A DNA stretch of 64,000 nucleotides from Cellvibrionales bacterium (GTDB lineage: Bacteria > Pseudomonadota > Gammaproteobacteria > Pseudomonadales > GM7GCV1): assembly GCA_014323765.1 (NCBI GenBank), contig JACONM010000034.1, positions 25,076 through 89,075 of the forward strand. The letters are read 5' to 3'. The notes under the pieces were generated by a model. That model ran no database searches. It saw nothing but the letters and a program-made list of their open reading frames with translations, and was not told the DNA's origin. Every line of letters starts with the position of its first letter. The stretch's first letter is position 1. The position numbers and the translations under genes are program-made. Shown here in pieces: positions 49,556-59,010 of this stretch.

Positions 49556-50658
49556 TCCGCCGGATCGCCGCCAGCGGAGTCGGCGGGGCGGGTATCGGGG
49601 TCGAGTTTTTGCGACTTTTTGCGCCAGCGGCGGCGCGCCAGTTTTTGCATATCTCTGGTGCGGTCGGTCTCATCGATAATTTCCTGGCCGACCAGTTCCT
49701 CCAAAATATCTTCCAGCGACAGCAGCCCGCGAAAGGTGCCGTGCTCGTTGACCACATAGCGCAGCGGCACCCGTTGATTGAGGAACCGCTCAAAGACGGT
49801 CAGTAGCGGCAGCTTGTCGGGGATGGCGCTCAGCGGGCGGCAGTATTCGGCAAGGAGTTTTTGGGAATTGCCGCGCGCTTGCGCCAGAAGCAGGTCGTCG
49901 CGGATGACAAAGCCGGTGATATCGTCCGGCGACTCGCCGTAGACCGGGATGCGGGTGAAAGGCTCTTTGTCGTGCTTATTGAAAAACAGGGCCACGCTGG
50001 CACTGGCTGGCAGGGAAAACACCACCGAGCTTGGGGTCATCACATCCTCCACCCGCTTATTGCGCAGGCGCAGCACATTTTGCAACAGCTGCGCTTCATG
50101 CTCGCCCAAGGTGCCCTCTTCCAGACCGAGGTCGGCCAGCGCGGAAAATTCGGCGCGGCTGAAGCTGGACGGCTCGGCCCGCGAGCGGAATAGGGCGGTA
50201 ATCCTCCGACAAATCAACACCAGCGGCTGCATGGCAATGACCAGATACTTCAGGATCCAAGCGACCGCCGGGGCCAGAGTGCGCCAATGTAGCGAGCCGA
50301 GCGTTTTGGGGATCACCTCGGAGAAAAACAGAATTAACAAAGTTACCAGCGCGTAGGTCAGCCCCGTTAGCACCTCCGAGGTCAGCCCCATATAAGAAGC
50401 ATCGCCGAAAACCCGCGCCGACTGCGCCCCCACCCCCGCCGCGCCCACGGTGTGCGCGATCGTATTTAGCGACAGAATGGCGGCCAGAGGAATCTCGATG
50501 TCGGTCTTGAACTTGCGCAGCAATTCGCCCGATTTGCGCCCCTGCTTGACCAGCAGGCGGATATAGGCCGGGGTGACGCTGAGCAGCACCGCCTCGGTAA
50601 TCGAGCACAGAAAGGAAAAGACCAGCGCGATGGCCAGATAGATCAGTAGCAGAGTCAT
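49552..50658 (-). CDS. CNNM/DUF21 plus CBS-pair transporter (HlyC/CorC family)
   Basis: It has the N-terminal DUF21 membrane domain (ITEAVLLSV...LNTIAHTVGA) followed by a CBS-pair region (VEDVMTP..., VVNEHGTFRGLLSLEDILEELVG). Confidence 0.82.
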   Translation of the reverse strand: MTLLLIYLAIALVFSFLCSITEAVLLSVTPAYIRLLVKQGRKSGELLRKFKTDIEIPLAAILSLNTIAHTVGAAGVGAQSARVFGDASYMGLTSEVLTGLTYALVTLLILFFSEVIPKTLGSLHWRTLAPAVAWILKYLVIAMQPLVLICRRITALFRSRAEPSSFSRAEFSALADLGLEEGTLGEHEAQLLQNVLRLRNKRVEDVMTPSSVVFSLPASASVALFFNKHDKEPFTRIPVYGESPDDITGFVIRDDLLLAQARGNSQKLLAEYCRPLSAIPDKLPLLTVFERFLNQRVPLRYVVNEHGTFRGLLSLEDILEELVGQEIIDETDRTRDMQKLARRRWRKKSQKLDPDTRPADSAGGDPAD

Positions 50659-50777
50659 GGGGATTAGGCGGGGCGGGTGGAATTGTGGCGGCTTGCCGGG
50701 TTTAGCGTGGGTTCATCGAGGGTTTAGGACGGCGACTCGATCGGTGCGACAGCCAGTGCGGGCGAGCGGGGCGCGGG

Positions 50778-51332
50778 TCAGCCAGCATCGGCGGCCTGTT
50801 CGCGCAAATAGATATTTTTGAGCGCGACATAGTTTTGCGGCGAATAGGTCAAAAAGCGGCGTTCGTCCGCACTCAATGGACGCAGCCGCCGGGCGGGATT
50901 GCCCACATAGACTGAGCCGGACTCTAAGGTTTTACCGGGCGGCACCATGCAGCCGGCCCCGACCATGACCTCGCTTTCGACCACGGCACCATCCAGAACG
51001 ATGGCCCCGATGCCGATCAGGGCGCGATCATGCACCGTGCAACCGTGCAGGATCGCGCTGTGGCCGATGGTGACATCCGCGCCGATCTCCAGCGGAAAGC
51101 CCGCCGGGTTGTATTCGCCCGCATGGGTGATGTGCAACACCGCGTTGTCCTGCACATTGGAACGCGCCCCGATGCGGATGCGGTGCATATCGGCGCGGAC
51201 CACCGCCCCCGGCCAGACGGACACATCATCGCCGAGCACCAGATCGCCGAGGATTGTCGCCGCCGGGTCCACATAGACCCGCGCCCCCAGCTGCGGGGTG
51301 CTACCATTGTGCGAGCGGATGGAGTGGGACAC
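50778..51332 (-). CDS. gamma-carbonic-anhydrase-like hexapeptide-repeat protein
   Basis: It has left-handed beta-helix repeats with the motifs VWPGAVVRAD, IGARSNVQDNAVLH and IGHSAILHGC. Confidence 0.85.
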   Translation of the reverse strand: MSHSIRSHNGSTPQLGARVYVDPAATILGDLVLGDDVSVWPGAVVRADMHRIRIGARSNVQDNAVLHITHAGEYNPAGFPLEIGADVTIGHSAILHGCTVHDRALIGIGAIVLDGAVVESEVMVGAGCMVPPGKTLESGSVYVGNPARRLRPLSADERRFLTYSPQNYVALKNIYLREQAADAG

Positions 51333-51364
51333 GCCTGTTTTGAGTCGCGGTTGAACGGTTGACT

Positions 51365-51658
51365 ATGAGTGCCAATGATACGCCAGCGCGGGGCATTGTG
51401 CGGAAGCGATTTATCGCCGCCGCGATCTGCCCGCACTGCGCCACACAGGACACAGTCTACACCTACCAGCGGCAAGGCCGCCCACACCGCGCCTGCACCC
51501 GCTGCGATCTCGATGAACCCCTGCCCACCGCCATTCCCCCCAGCACGACCAGCGAGCCAGCCACCCGGGTCAATCGCGCTGCGCAGTCGCGCCCTAATCC
51601 TGCCGAGCCATTGCGCCTGCGCCCCCAGCCCCAGCCCGCCGAACTGGGGTCGCCCTAG
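51365..51658 (+). CDS. YheV-like putative zinc-ribbon protein
   Basis: It shows KRFIAAAICPHCATQDT...ACTRCD (CxxC...CxxC). I chose the ATG at 51365. Confidence 0.6.
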   Translation: MSANDTPARGIVRKRFIAAAICPHCATQDTVYTYQRQGRPHRACTRCDLDEPLPTAIPPSTTSEPATRVNRAAQSRPNPAEPLRLRPQPQPAELGSP

Positions 51659-51836
51659 GCCCTGAAACATAGGGGCTAAAAATGGGGCGTATTCAAAAAG
51701 AGGGGATGAATGCTCGCCAGTTGGCAACCGGGCGTTGCATCGGTTACACTCTAACGGCTCCTTGCGGCCAGCCAGCGGGCCGCACAGACTCCACGCACTC
51801 ACGCCTACCAGTGACATCCTCTAGGGAGAACCCGCC

Positions 51837-52991
51837 ATGCTGAGCCAGGCATCCCGGCTTTTTACTTTTCGCCTTTTGGCCGTTGCGGCCACCCTGTCCG
51901 CCCTATTTTTCGCCGCCGAGGCCCGCGCCCAGGCGGAGGTCAACATGACCCGCGGGGTCACCCCGGTCGCCCATGAGGTCTACGACATCCATATGTTCAT
52001 GCTGTGGATCTGCGTGGCTGTGGGGGTGTTGGTGTTTGCCTATTTGCTGTGGACACTGATTTTTCACCGCAAATCGGCGGGGCGCGAGCCAGCGCAATTT
52101 CACGAACATCTGGGCGCGGAGATTGCTTGGACGGTCATCCCGTTCTGTATTCTGGTGATCATGGCGATTCCGGCGACCGCCAAAATTAAAGCCATCTACG
52201 ACACTTCCGAGGCCGAGATCGACATCAAGGTCACCGGCTGGCAGTGGAAGTGGCAATACGAATATCTGGGCGAGGGGGTCAGCTTTATGTCGGAGCTCGC
52301 CACCCCCAACGACCAGATTTACAACCTCGATGCCAAGGGCCAAAACTATCTGCAAGAGGTCACCGAGCCGCTGGTGCTACCGGCGGACACCAAAGTGCGC
52401 TTCCTGGTCACCGCCAAAGATGTGATTCATGCCTGGTGGGTGCCAGCCTTTGCGATCAAGCGCGATGCCATCCCCGGTTACACAGTGGAAACCTGGGCCA
52501 CGGTCGAACAGCCCGGCATCTACCGCGGTGCCTGCGCCGAGCTGTGCGGGCAGGGGCACGCCTTTATGCCGATTGTGGTCGATGTGCGCCCCAAAGCGGA
52601 ATACGCCGCATGGCTGGCCGCGAAAAAGCAAGAGGCGGCCGCGGTGGCGGCACTCAAAGACAAAACCTACGACATGGCGGAATCGATGGAACTCGGCCAG
52701 GCGGTCTACGAGCGCGCCTGCGCCTTCTGCCACGGGGTCAATGGCGAGGGCGGCGCGGGCGGGGCCTTCCCGGCCATGGCCGGCAGCCCGATTAGCCTAG
52801 GCGACCTGCGCGCCCATCTGGATATAGTGGTCAACGGCAGCGCAAATAACGCCGCCATGCAATCGTTCAAAGACCAGTTAAACGAGGCGGAAATCGCCGC
52901 CGTCATCACCTACGAGCGCAACGCCTTCGGCAACAACACCGGCGATCTGGTGCAGCCGCTCGATGTCTACAACTTCGCCCGCGGCCAATAG
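51837..52991 (+). CDS. coxB: cytochrome c oxidase subunit II with C-terminal cytochrome c domain
   Basis: It has the CuA site HAWWVP...CAELCGQGHAFMP and the C-terminal haem-c motif CAFCHG. Confidence 0.95.
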   Translation: MLSQASRLFTFRLLAVAATLSALFFAAEARAQAEVNMTRGVTPVAHEVYDIHMFMLWICVAVGVLVFAYLLWTLIFHRKSAGREPAQFHEHLGAEIAWTVIPFCILVIMAIPATAKIKAIYDTSEAEIDIKVTGWQWKWQYEYLGEGVSFMSELATPNDQIYNLDAKGQNYLQEVTEPLVLPADTKVRFLVTAKDVIHAWWVPAFAIKRDAIPGYTVETWATVEQPGIYRGACAELCGQGHAFMPIVVDVRPKAEYAAWLAAKKQEAAAVAALKDKTYDMAESMELGQAVYERACAFCHGVNGEGGAGGAFPAMAGSPISLGDLRAHLDIVVNGSANNAAMQSFKDQLNEAEIAAVITYERNAFGNNTGDLVQPLDVYNFARGQ

Positions 52992-53030
52992 CGGTTGGCG
53001 GGCAAAGAGCCAAATTCAGGAGGATTAACG

Positions 53031-54605
53031 ATGGGACACGCCGCCCCGCAAGGAATAGGCCGCTGGCTATTCACCACCAACCACAAAGACATCGGCACCC
53101 TGTACCTCTGGTTTAGTTTCGCCATGTTTATCCTCGGCGGGCTGTTCGCCATGGTGATCCGCGCCGAATTGTTCGAGCCGGGCATGCAGCTGGTGGACCC
53201 GGCTTTTTTCAATCAAATGACCACCATGCACGGGCTGGTAATGGTGTTCGGGGCCATTATGCCGGCCTTTGTCGGCTTGGCAAACTGGTTAATCCCATTG
53301 CAGATCGGCGCGCCCGATATGGCCCTGCCGCGGATGAATAACCTCAGTTTCTGGATTCTGCCGCCGGCCTTCCTCTTATTGGCGGCTACGCTGTTTATGG
53401 AAGGCGGCGCGCCCAATTTTGGTTGGACTTTTTACGCGCCGCTATCGACCACCTACGCGCCCGATACGGTCAATTATTTTATCTTCGCCGTCCACATCAT
53501 GGGGGCCTCGTCCATTATGGGCTCCATCAACATTATCGCCACCGTGCTAAATATGCGCGCCCCCGGCATGACGCTGATGAAAATGCCGCTGTTTGTCTGG
53601 ACTTGGCTAATTACCGCCTTTTTGCTAATCGCCGTTATGCCGGTGCTGGCTGGGGCGGTGACCATGATGCTGATGGACATCAACTTCGGCACCAGTTTCT
53701 TCGATGCCGCCGGCGGCGGCGACCCGGTGTTGTTTCAGCACATTTTCTGGTTCTTCGGTCATCCGGAGGTCTACATTATTATCCTGCCGGCTTTCGGGGT
53801 GATTTCCGAGATCATCCCCACTTTCAGCCGCAAGCCATTATTCGGCTACAGTTCCATGGTGTACGCCACCGCGTCGATCGCCTTTCTGTCCTTTATCGTC
53901 TGGGCGCACCACATGTTCACAGTCGGCATGCCAGTGGGCGGGCAGCTGTATTTTATGTACGCCACCATGCTGATCGCGGTGCCCACGGCGGCCAAAGTAT
54001 TTAACTGGATTACCACCATGTTCCGCGGGGCCATTACCTTTGAAACGCCCATGCTGTTTGCCATCGCCTTTGTGGTGCTGTTCACCATGGGCGGCTTTAC
54101 CGGCCTAATGCTGGCGATTGCCCCGGCCGATGTGCAATATCACGATAGTTATTTTGTAGTGGCGCATTTTCATTATGTCATGGTGGCCGGCGCGGTATTT
54201 AGCATGTCCGCCGCCGTTTATTATTGGCTGCCAAAATGGTGCGGGCGCATGTACAACGAAACCATGGGCAAGCTGCACTTTTGGGTGTCTTTCATCGGCT
54301 TTAATGTCACCTTCTTCCCGCAGCATTTTCTAGGGCTGGCCGGCATGCCACGCCGCTACGCCGACTACGCACTGCAATTTGCCGATTGGAATATGGTTTC
54401 TTCCATCGGTGCCTTTATTTACGGGGCCTCGCAAATCCTGTTTTTATACAATGTCATCGCCACCATCCGCAGCGGTAAAAAAGTAACCAGCCCCAAAGTG
54501 TGGGAAGGGGCCCGCGGCCTAGAATGGACAGTGCCCACCCCCGCCCCCTACCACACCTTCAGCACCCCGCCCGATGTGCAGCAAAAGCCAGAAGAAATTC
54601 GCTAG
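53031..54605 (+). CDS. ctaD: cytochrome c oxidase subunit I
   Basis: It shows WLFTTNHKDIGTLY, FFGHPEVYIIILPAFG and HHMFTVG. The ATG at 53031 has a CAGGAGG RBS. Confidence 0.97.
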   Translation: MGHAAPQGIGRWLFTTNHKDIGTLYLWFSFAMFILGGLFAMVIRAELFEPGMQLVDPAFFNQMTTMHGLVMVFGAIMPAFVGLANWLIPLQIGAPDMALPRMNNLSFWILPPAFLLLAATLFMEGGAPNFGWTFYAPLSTTYAPDTVNYFIFAVHIMGASSIMGSINIIATVLNMRAPGMTLMKMPLFVWTWLITAFLLIAVMPVLAGAVTMMLMDINFGTSFFDAAGGGDPVLFQHIFWFFGHPEVYIIILPAFGVISEIIPTFSRKPLFGYSSMVYATASIAFLSFIVWAHHMFTVGMPVGGQLYFMYATMLIAVPTAAKVFNWITTMFRGAITFETPMLFAIAFVVLFTMGGFTGLMLAIAPADVQYHDSYFVVAHFHYVMVAGAVFSMSAAVYYWLPKWCGRMYNETMGKLHFWVSFIGFNVTFFPQHFLGLAGMPRRYADYALQFADWNMVSSIGAFIYGASQILFLYNVIATIRSGKKVTSPKVWEGARGLEWTVPTPAPYHTFSTPPDVQQKPEEIR

Positions 54606-54654
54606 GCGCAGCACAGGGGCAACGTTGCAAGTGGAAAGTTAAAGGGAACCGAGC

Positions 54655-55269
54655 ATGCCAACCAACCGACCCGATCCGCGCATCGACCGCACCGTGGCCC
54701 GCTCCGCAGTGGCAGTGGTCGCCATGTTCAGCTTTGCCGTGTTCGCCATGCCGCCGCTGTATGTTTTATTTTGCGATATAACCGGCATCGGCGACAAAAC
54801 CGCCGATCAATATCAAGCCGCACCGGTCAGTGCTCTCGATAAAAACCGCACCGTAAAAGTGCAATTCATCGCCACCAACGAAGCCGCCATGCCCTGGGAT
54901 TTCACCCCCTCGGTATTTGAAGTCGAGGTCCACCCGGGCGCCCCCACTCGAGTCACCTATCAAGTAAAAAACCCCACCCCGCGTGACATGGTGGCGCAGG
55001 CGATTCCTGCCGTGGTACCGGCCAAAGCCACCCGCTATTTCCACAAAACCGAATGCTTTTGCTTCGAGCAACAGCCGCTCAAAGCCGGGGCGGAAGCGCA
55101 AATGCCGCTGGTTTTTATTGTCGACCGCGACCTACCGCCCGCCATCCACACCATCACCCTGTCCTACAGCATCTTTGATGTCACCGACCGCTACCCGCAA
55201 GCCCTAGCGGGTTTAAGGGGTTCGGCCCCGCCCGCCCCGCGCATCGATTCCGGCCCGCCCACCACTTAA
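54655..55269 (+). CDS. ctaG: cytochrome c oxidase assembly protein CtaG/Cox11
   Basis: It has a TM anchor, the CFCF copper-binding motif (KTECFCFEQQ) and TLSYSIF. Confidence 0.92.
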   Translation: MPTNRPDPRIDRTVARSAVAVVAMFSFAVFAMPPLYVLFCDITGIGDKTADQYQAAPVSALDKNRTVKVQFIATNEAAMPWDFTPSVFEVEVHPGAPTRVTYQVKNPTPRDMVAQAIPAVVPAKATRYFHKTECFCFEQQPLKAGAEAQMPLVFIVDRDLPPAIHTITLSYSIFDVTDRYPQALAGLRGSAPPAPRIDSGPPTT

Positions 55270-55283
55270 AACAGGAGCAGAAA

Positions 55284-56192
55284 ATGGCCAGCGAAGGCAC
55301 CTATTACGTCCCCGAACAAAGCCGCTTCCCGATAATCGTCGGCCTAGCACTGGGCCTGTCCGCCTACGGCGCGGGCCAAATGATGATAGACGGCAACGCC
55401 ACCGCGTTAATTCTCGGCATGGCGGTATTTTGGGTCACCCTAGCCTGCTGGTGGAACACCGTCATCAGCGAACACATGCAGGGGCTGACCGATACACAGC
55501 TAAAGCGTTCCTACGTCTGGGGCATCGGCTGGTTTATTTTCTCCGAGGTAATGTTTTTCGCCGCCTTTTTCGGTGCGCTTTTTTATGTACGCACTGTCGC
55601 GCTACCCACCCTCGGCGGCTGGGGCATGGGCGCAGAAAACCCCGAAGCCTGGGGCGGTTTTGAAGCCGAGTGGCCGCTAATGACCACCCCGGATCAAAGC
55701 CTCAACGGCGAGGAGGCCGCCATGCTCGGCCCGAAAAAAGAATTCGGGGCCTTCCCCGGCTGGGCGCAGCTGTATCACTGGTTGCCGCTTTGGGGCACGA
55801 TTATTTTAATGAGCTCCAGCTGGACAGTGCATCTGGCGCACCACCACATTAAACACGGCGACCGCCGCGCCCTATTTAATTTCTGGCTAGGGCTAACCGT
55901 GCTACTCGGTGCCACTTTCCTCGGTTTGCAGGCGTATGAATACTACGAGGCATACGCACATTACGGCCTAACCCTGCAATCCGGCATCTACGGCACCACC
56001 TTCTTCATGCTAACCGGCTTCCACGGCTTCCATGTCGCCATGGGCACGATCATGCTCGCCATCCAACTCGCCCGCTCCCTAAAAGGCCACTTCCGCCAAG
56101 ACGACCACTTCGGCTTCGAAATGGCCTCATGGTATTGGCACTTCGTCGATGTAGTCTGGGTAATGCTATTCTTCTTCGTCTATATTCTCTAG
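55284..56192 (+). CDS. ctaE: cytochrome c oxidase subunit III
   Basis: It shows FFMLTGFHGFHVAMGT and ASWYWHFVDVVW. Confidence 0.95.
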   Translation: MASEGTYYVPEQSRFPIIVGLALGLSAYGAGQMMIDGNATALILGMAVFWVTLACWWNTVISEHMQGLTDTQLKRSYVWGIGWFIFSEVMFFAAFFGALFYVRTVALPTLGGWGMGAENPEAWGGFEAEWPLMTTPDQSLNGEEAAMLGPKKEFGAFPGWAQLYHWLPLWGTIILMSSSWTVHLAHHHIKHGDRRALFNFWLGLTVLLGATFLGLQAYEYYEAYAHYGLTLQSGIYGTTFFMLTGFHGFHVAMGTIMLAIQLARSLKGHFRQDDHFGFEMASWYWHFVDVVWVMLFFFVYIL

Positions 56193-56222
56193 GCCAAAGC
56201 CGGTAAAACAAGCAAAGCCGAT

Positions 56223-56630
56223 ATGCTCCGCATATTTCTCATCGCCTGCGCCGCAAAGAAAAAACCGACCGCCTGCCCGGCAGACAGACTGTACGACAGC
56301 CCGCTATTCCAAAAAAGCCTTGCCTATGCCCGCCGCAAAGCAGCAGACAAAATTTACATTCTATCCGCAAAACATGGACTATTAAAAACGCAAGCAAAGA
56401 TCGCGCCCTATAATCTGACACTCAATCAAATGCCGCTCCACGCCCGCCGCAAATGGGCCAACAAGGTCGCCATCCAGCTGCAAAATGAAACCAATTTGCA
56501 GGAAGACCTATTCACATTTCTAGCCGGCCAAAAATATCGTGAAAACCTAGAGCCGCTCATGGCGCATGTCGAGACACCGCTCGCCGGAATGCCCATAGGC
56601 AAGCAGCTACAATGGCTAGGGAGCAATTAA
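56223..56630 (+). CDS. DUF6884-like small protein
   Basis: The pattern MLRIFLIACAAKKK...LYDSPLF...IYILSAKHGLL....IAPYNLTL...FLAGQKYRE...ETPLAGMPIGKQLQWL matches my memory of DUF6884. It is AT-richer than the cox genes. Confidence 0.6.
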   Translation: MLRIFLIACAAKKKPTACPADRLYDSPLFQKSLAYARRKAADKIYILSAKHGLLKTQAKIAPYNLTLNQMPLHARRKWANKVAIQLQNETNLQEDLFTFLAGQKYRENLEPLMAHVETPLAGMPIGKQLQWLGSN

Positions 56631-56631
56631 C

Positions 56632-57267
56632 ATGTCGGAAGCATGCCAAATCCTGCACCGGGTTTTTAATGCTTTGCCGCGCTTGGATGCCAATTACAGC
56701 GAACAAACTATTCCACGTAACGGAATCTATATCCTGTTCGAGAAAGGTGAAACAGCGCACGGCACCGACCGCATTGTGCGCATTGGCACTCATACCGGCC
56801 AAGACAACCTGCGACAGCGATTAAAAGAACATTTATTCACCCCGAATAAAGACCGCAGCATATTCCGCAAACATATCGGGCGGTGTTTTTTGAATAAAAA
56901 TAACGATCCTTTTTTAGCGCGCTGGGATTTAGATCTAACCAATCGAGAAAACCGCCTGCGATACAAAAACCAAATTAACCAGAAAAAACTCATCGAGACC
57001 GAAAACGCTGTAACCAGCTATATGCAAGAAAAATTCTCCTTTGTCGTATTTGCAGAACCAATAAAGTCGAAACGCTGCGACTTAGAAACACAGCTTATCG
57101 CCACGGTCGCCCAGTGCGAAGACTGCCACCCCTCCCCCAGTTGGCTCGGCAATCACCATCCGAATTCAGCAATCAAAAAATCCGGCCTTTGGAATGTACA
57201 AGGGCGAACCAAAACCCCGCTCACCACTTCTCAAGCCAAAGATTTAGCCGCAACACTCACCGATTAA
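56632..57267 (+). CDS. GIY-YIG nuclease superfamily protein
   Basis: It starts 1 nt after the preceding stop. It shows NGIYILFEKGE...IVRIGTHTG.DNLRQRLKEH, then RKHIG and a downstream conserved E (LETQLI). Confidence 0.7.
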   Translation: MSEACQILHRVFNALPRLDANYSEQTIPRNGIYILFEKGETAHGTDRIVRIGTHTGQDNLRQRLKEHLFTPNKDRSIFRKHIGRCFLNKNNDPFLARWDLDLTNRENRLRYKNQINQKKLIETENAVTSYMQEKFSFVVFAEPIKSKRCDLETQLIATVAQCEDCHPSPSWLGNHHPNSAIKKSGLWNVQGRTKTPLTTSQAKDLAATLTD

Positions 57268-57330
57268 CCTAAATAACCCCGCACCATGCTATCCTCTCCA
57301 CCACAAAACAGACTTCTTTGCATGCCCAAT

Positions 57331-57427
57331 ATGCTCAATCGGACACAATTCCCTCATGAACCACCCGCTCCGGGTGCAGGCCACGGTCCCAAGGGGCTCG
57401 GCTCCCAGCTGCCCGCTGCCGATGCCG
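57331..57427. repeat. direct repeat copy 1 (duplicate of the 3' tail of the DUF2909-like gene)
   Basis: It aligns with 59011-59108 over about 97 nt, with about 10 mismatches and a 1-nt indel (hand alignment). Confidence 0.85.
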
Positions 57428-57482
57428 CGAGCCTGCCACCACCCGCACCCCTAACCGCCCTACCGGGGAACGAGTTGCACTG

Positions 57483-59000
57483 ATGGGTGAATTTCTTGTT
57501 GGCATCGTTGCGTTAGTAGTGTGTGTAATACAGTTACGCTACTTCTTCGTTGCCGACCGCAAAACCCACTACGCCAAAAATCCCCTCGTATTCGCCGCTA
57601 AATCCACCCGCCGCGCCGCCAAAACCTGCAAACGCAAACACCTCAAAGCCGCCGTCAAAGAAACCCGCCGCGCCCTCAAAGCCGCCACCAAACACTACGA
57701 ACAGTACTTCTACTTCGAAAGCAGACAACCGCCCCACCTGCTTCAAAAAAAAGCTGGCGAAGCCGTTTGGGAAGCCGAAGAAGCCGCCACAAAAGCCGCC
57801 TACTCCAGCTGGCGCACTGAAGCCGACGATGAAGACGATGAAGAAGCCGAAACCGAAGCACGACGCAAAGCCAAAACCCAAGCCAAAGCACTACGCAAAG
57901 CCATAGACTACATGGACTATGCCGAAACCCGCGCCGCCGAAGTCGCCAGAATCATCACCGCCAAAAAACACCTAGCCGCTCACAAAGCCGAAACCAGAGC
58001 CACAGCGCGACTCGAAACCAAAGACCGCGCCAAAGACGAAGAAGCTGACCGTGATGCCAAAGATGAAGGAGATGCCAAAGTCCGTCGAGCCGTCGTAACC
58101 ACCTACGCCGTCGCCGCCGCTAAAGCGGCCAACGCTGCCAATTTAGTCGCCGCCGACGCCGGAGACACGGCCCACGATGCCAAATGGGATGCCATCGCCC
58201 GCGCTCACGATGCCGCCAAAGCCATCGCAACCGCCGAAAACAACGTTGATGCCAACGAAGTCGCCGCCGCCGTCAAAGATGTCGAAGCCCGCGCCGCCGC
58301 CCAAGCCGAAGTCACCAAAGCCACCCTAACCGCTCTAGCCACTGCCGCAGATGACCTCAATGCTGCCGATGGTGCCGCCAGCAAAGCCGGCTACAAAGTC
58401 CGCAGAGCCATGGATGAAGTCCACAAAGCCCGCAGAGCCGCCAACAAAGCCGACCCCGACGACCGCGATGCTAAAGCGCGATTCGAAGCCGCTAACGAAG
58501 CCCTCAACAAAATCCGCGCCGAAACCAGGGCCGACCGTGAAGCCGCCGACAAAGCCAAAGCTAAAGCCGCTGCCGTCTACCAAGCCGCCTACGAAGCTGC
58601 AGACACTCGCAGAGCCACCTGCGCAGCGCAACTACCCGCCGCCGCTGCCCTATTCGCCTCCTACAGAACTCAAATCAAAGCCAACACCGCCTACGACAAA
58701 GCCGAAGCCGCCTACAACAAAGCCAAGGCCGCCCACAAAGCCAATCCCGACGACCCCGATGCCAAAGCGCGACTCAAAGATGCCAAGGCGCGACTCGAAG
58801 CCAAAGACAGCACCAAAGACGAAGCCGAATACGCCGTCAGAGCCGCCGAAGCTCCCCTATCCGTCGAAACCTCCCCTGCGTCGGATGATATCTTTCCACC
58901 CCGCCGCTCTTCCCTAACCGAGATAGCTGCCGCCGCTCGCGCCGAAGCCGAAGCCGAAGCTGCCTTATCCGCCGAAATAACTAAAATTCGAGAAAAATAG
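57483..59000 (+). CDS. membrane-anchored Ala/Lys/Asp/Glu-rich low-complexity protein (TolA-domain-II-like composition)
   Basis: It is an uninterrupted 505-codon frame with an N-terminal TM helix (FLVGIVALVVCVIQL), followed by an A/K/D/E-rich sequence with internal repeats (NPDDPDAKARL / ADPDDRDAKARF). Confidence 0.6.
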   Translation: MGEFLVGIVALVVCVIQLRYFFVADRKTHYAKNPLVFAAKSTRRAAKTCKRKHLKAAVKETRRALKAATKHYEQYFYFESRQPPHLLQKKAGEAVWEAEEAATKAAYSSWRTEADDEDDEEAETEARRKAKTQAKALRKAIDYMDYAETRAAEVARIITAKKHLAAHKAETRATARLETKDRAKDEEADRDAKDEGDAKVRRAVVTTYAVAAAKAANAANLVAADAGDTAHDAKWDAIARAHDAAKAIATAENNVDANEVAAAVKDVEARAAAQAEVTKATLTALATAADDLNAADGAASKAGYKVRRAMDEVHKARRAANKADPDDRDAKARFEAANEALNKIRAETRADREAADKAKAKAAAVYQAAYEAADTRRATCAAQLPAAAALFASYRTQIKANTAYDKAEAAYNKAKAAHKANPDDPDAKARLKDAKARLEAKDSTKDEAEYAVRAAEAPLSVETSPASDDIFPPRRSSLTEIAAAARAEAEAEAALSAEITKIREK

Positions 59001-59010
59001 GCTTCCTTAC

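Noticed and set aside
51017-51817. 266-aa minus-strand ORF spanning the gamma-CA gene, the YheV-like gene and the cox upstream region
   Set aside because: It overlaps two better-supported genes in other frames or strands and has no recognisable motifs. It is a shadow ORF.
57286-57483. 65-aa ORF whose stop overlaps the start of the Ala/Lys-rich gene (TGATG)
   Set aside because: It is encoded largely by the displaced direct-repeat copy of the DUF2909 3' end read on the opposite strand. The product is Pro-rich with no RBS or motif, so it is probably fortuitous.
57550-58917. Alternative-frame ORFs (Pro/Thr/Lys-rich, 57550-57906 and 58351-58917; minus-strand Gly/Phe-rich ORFs) inside the Ala/Lys-rich gene, and the idea that the periodic sequence is a CRISPR-like array
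   Set aside because: They are by-products of GCC/AAA/GAA-biased sequence. Only the 57483 frame is open for all 505 codons and starts with a TM helix. There are no regularly spaced identical repeats with unique spacers, so it is not a CRISPR array.
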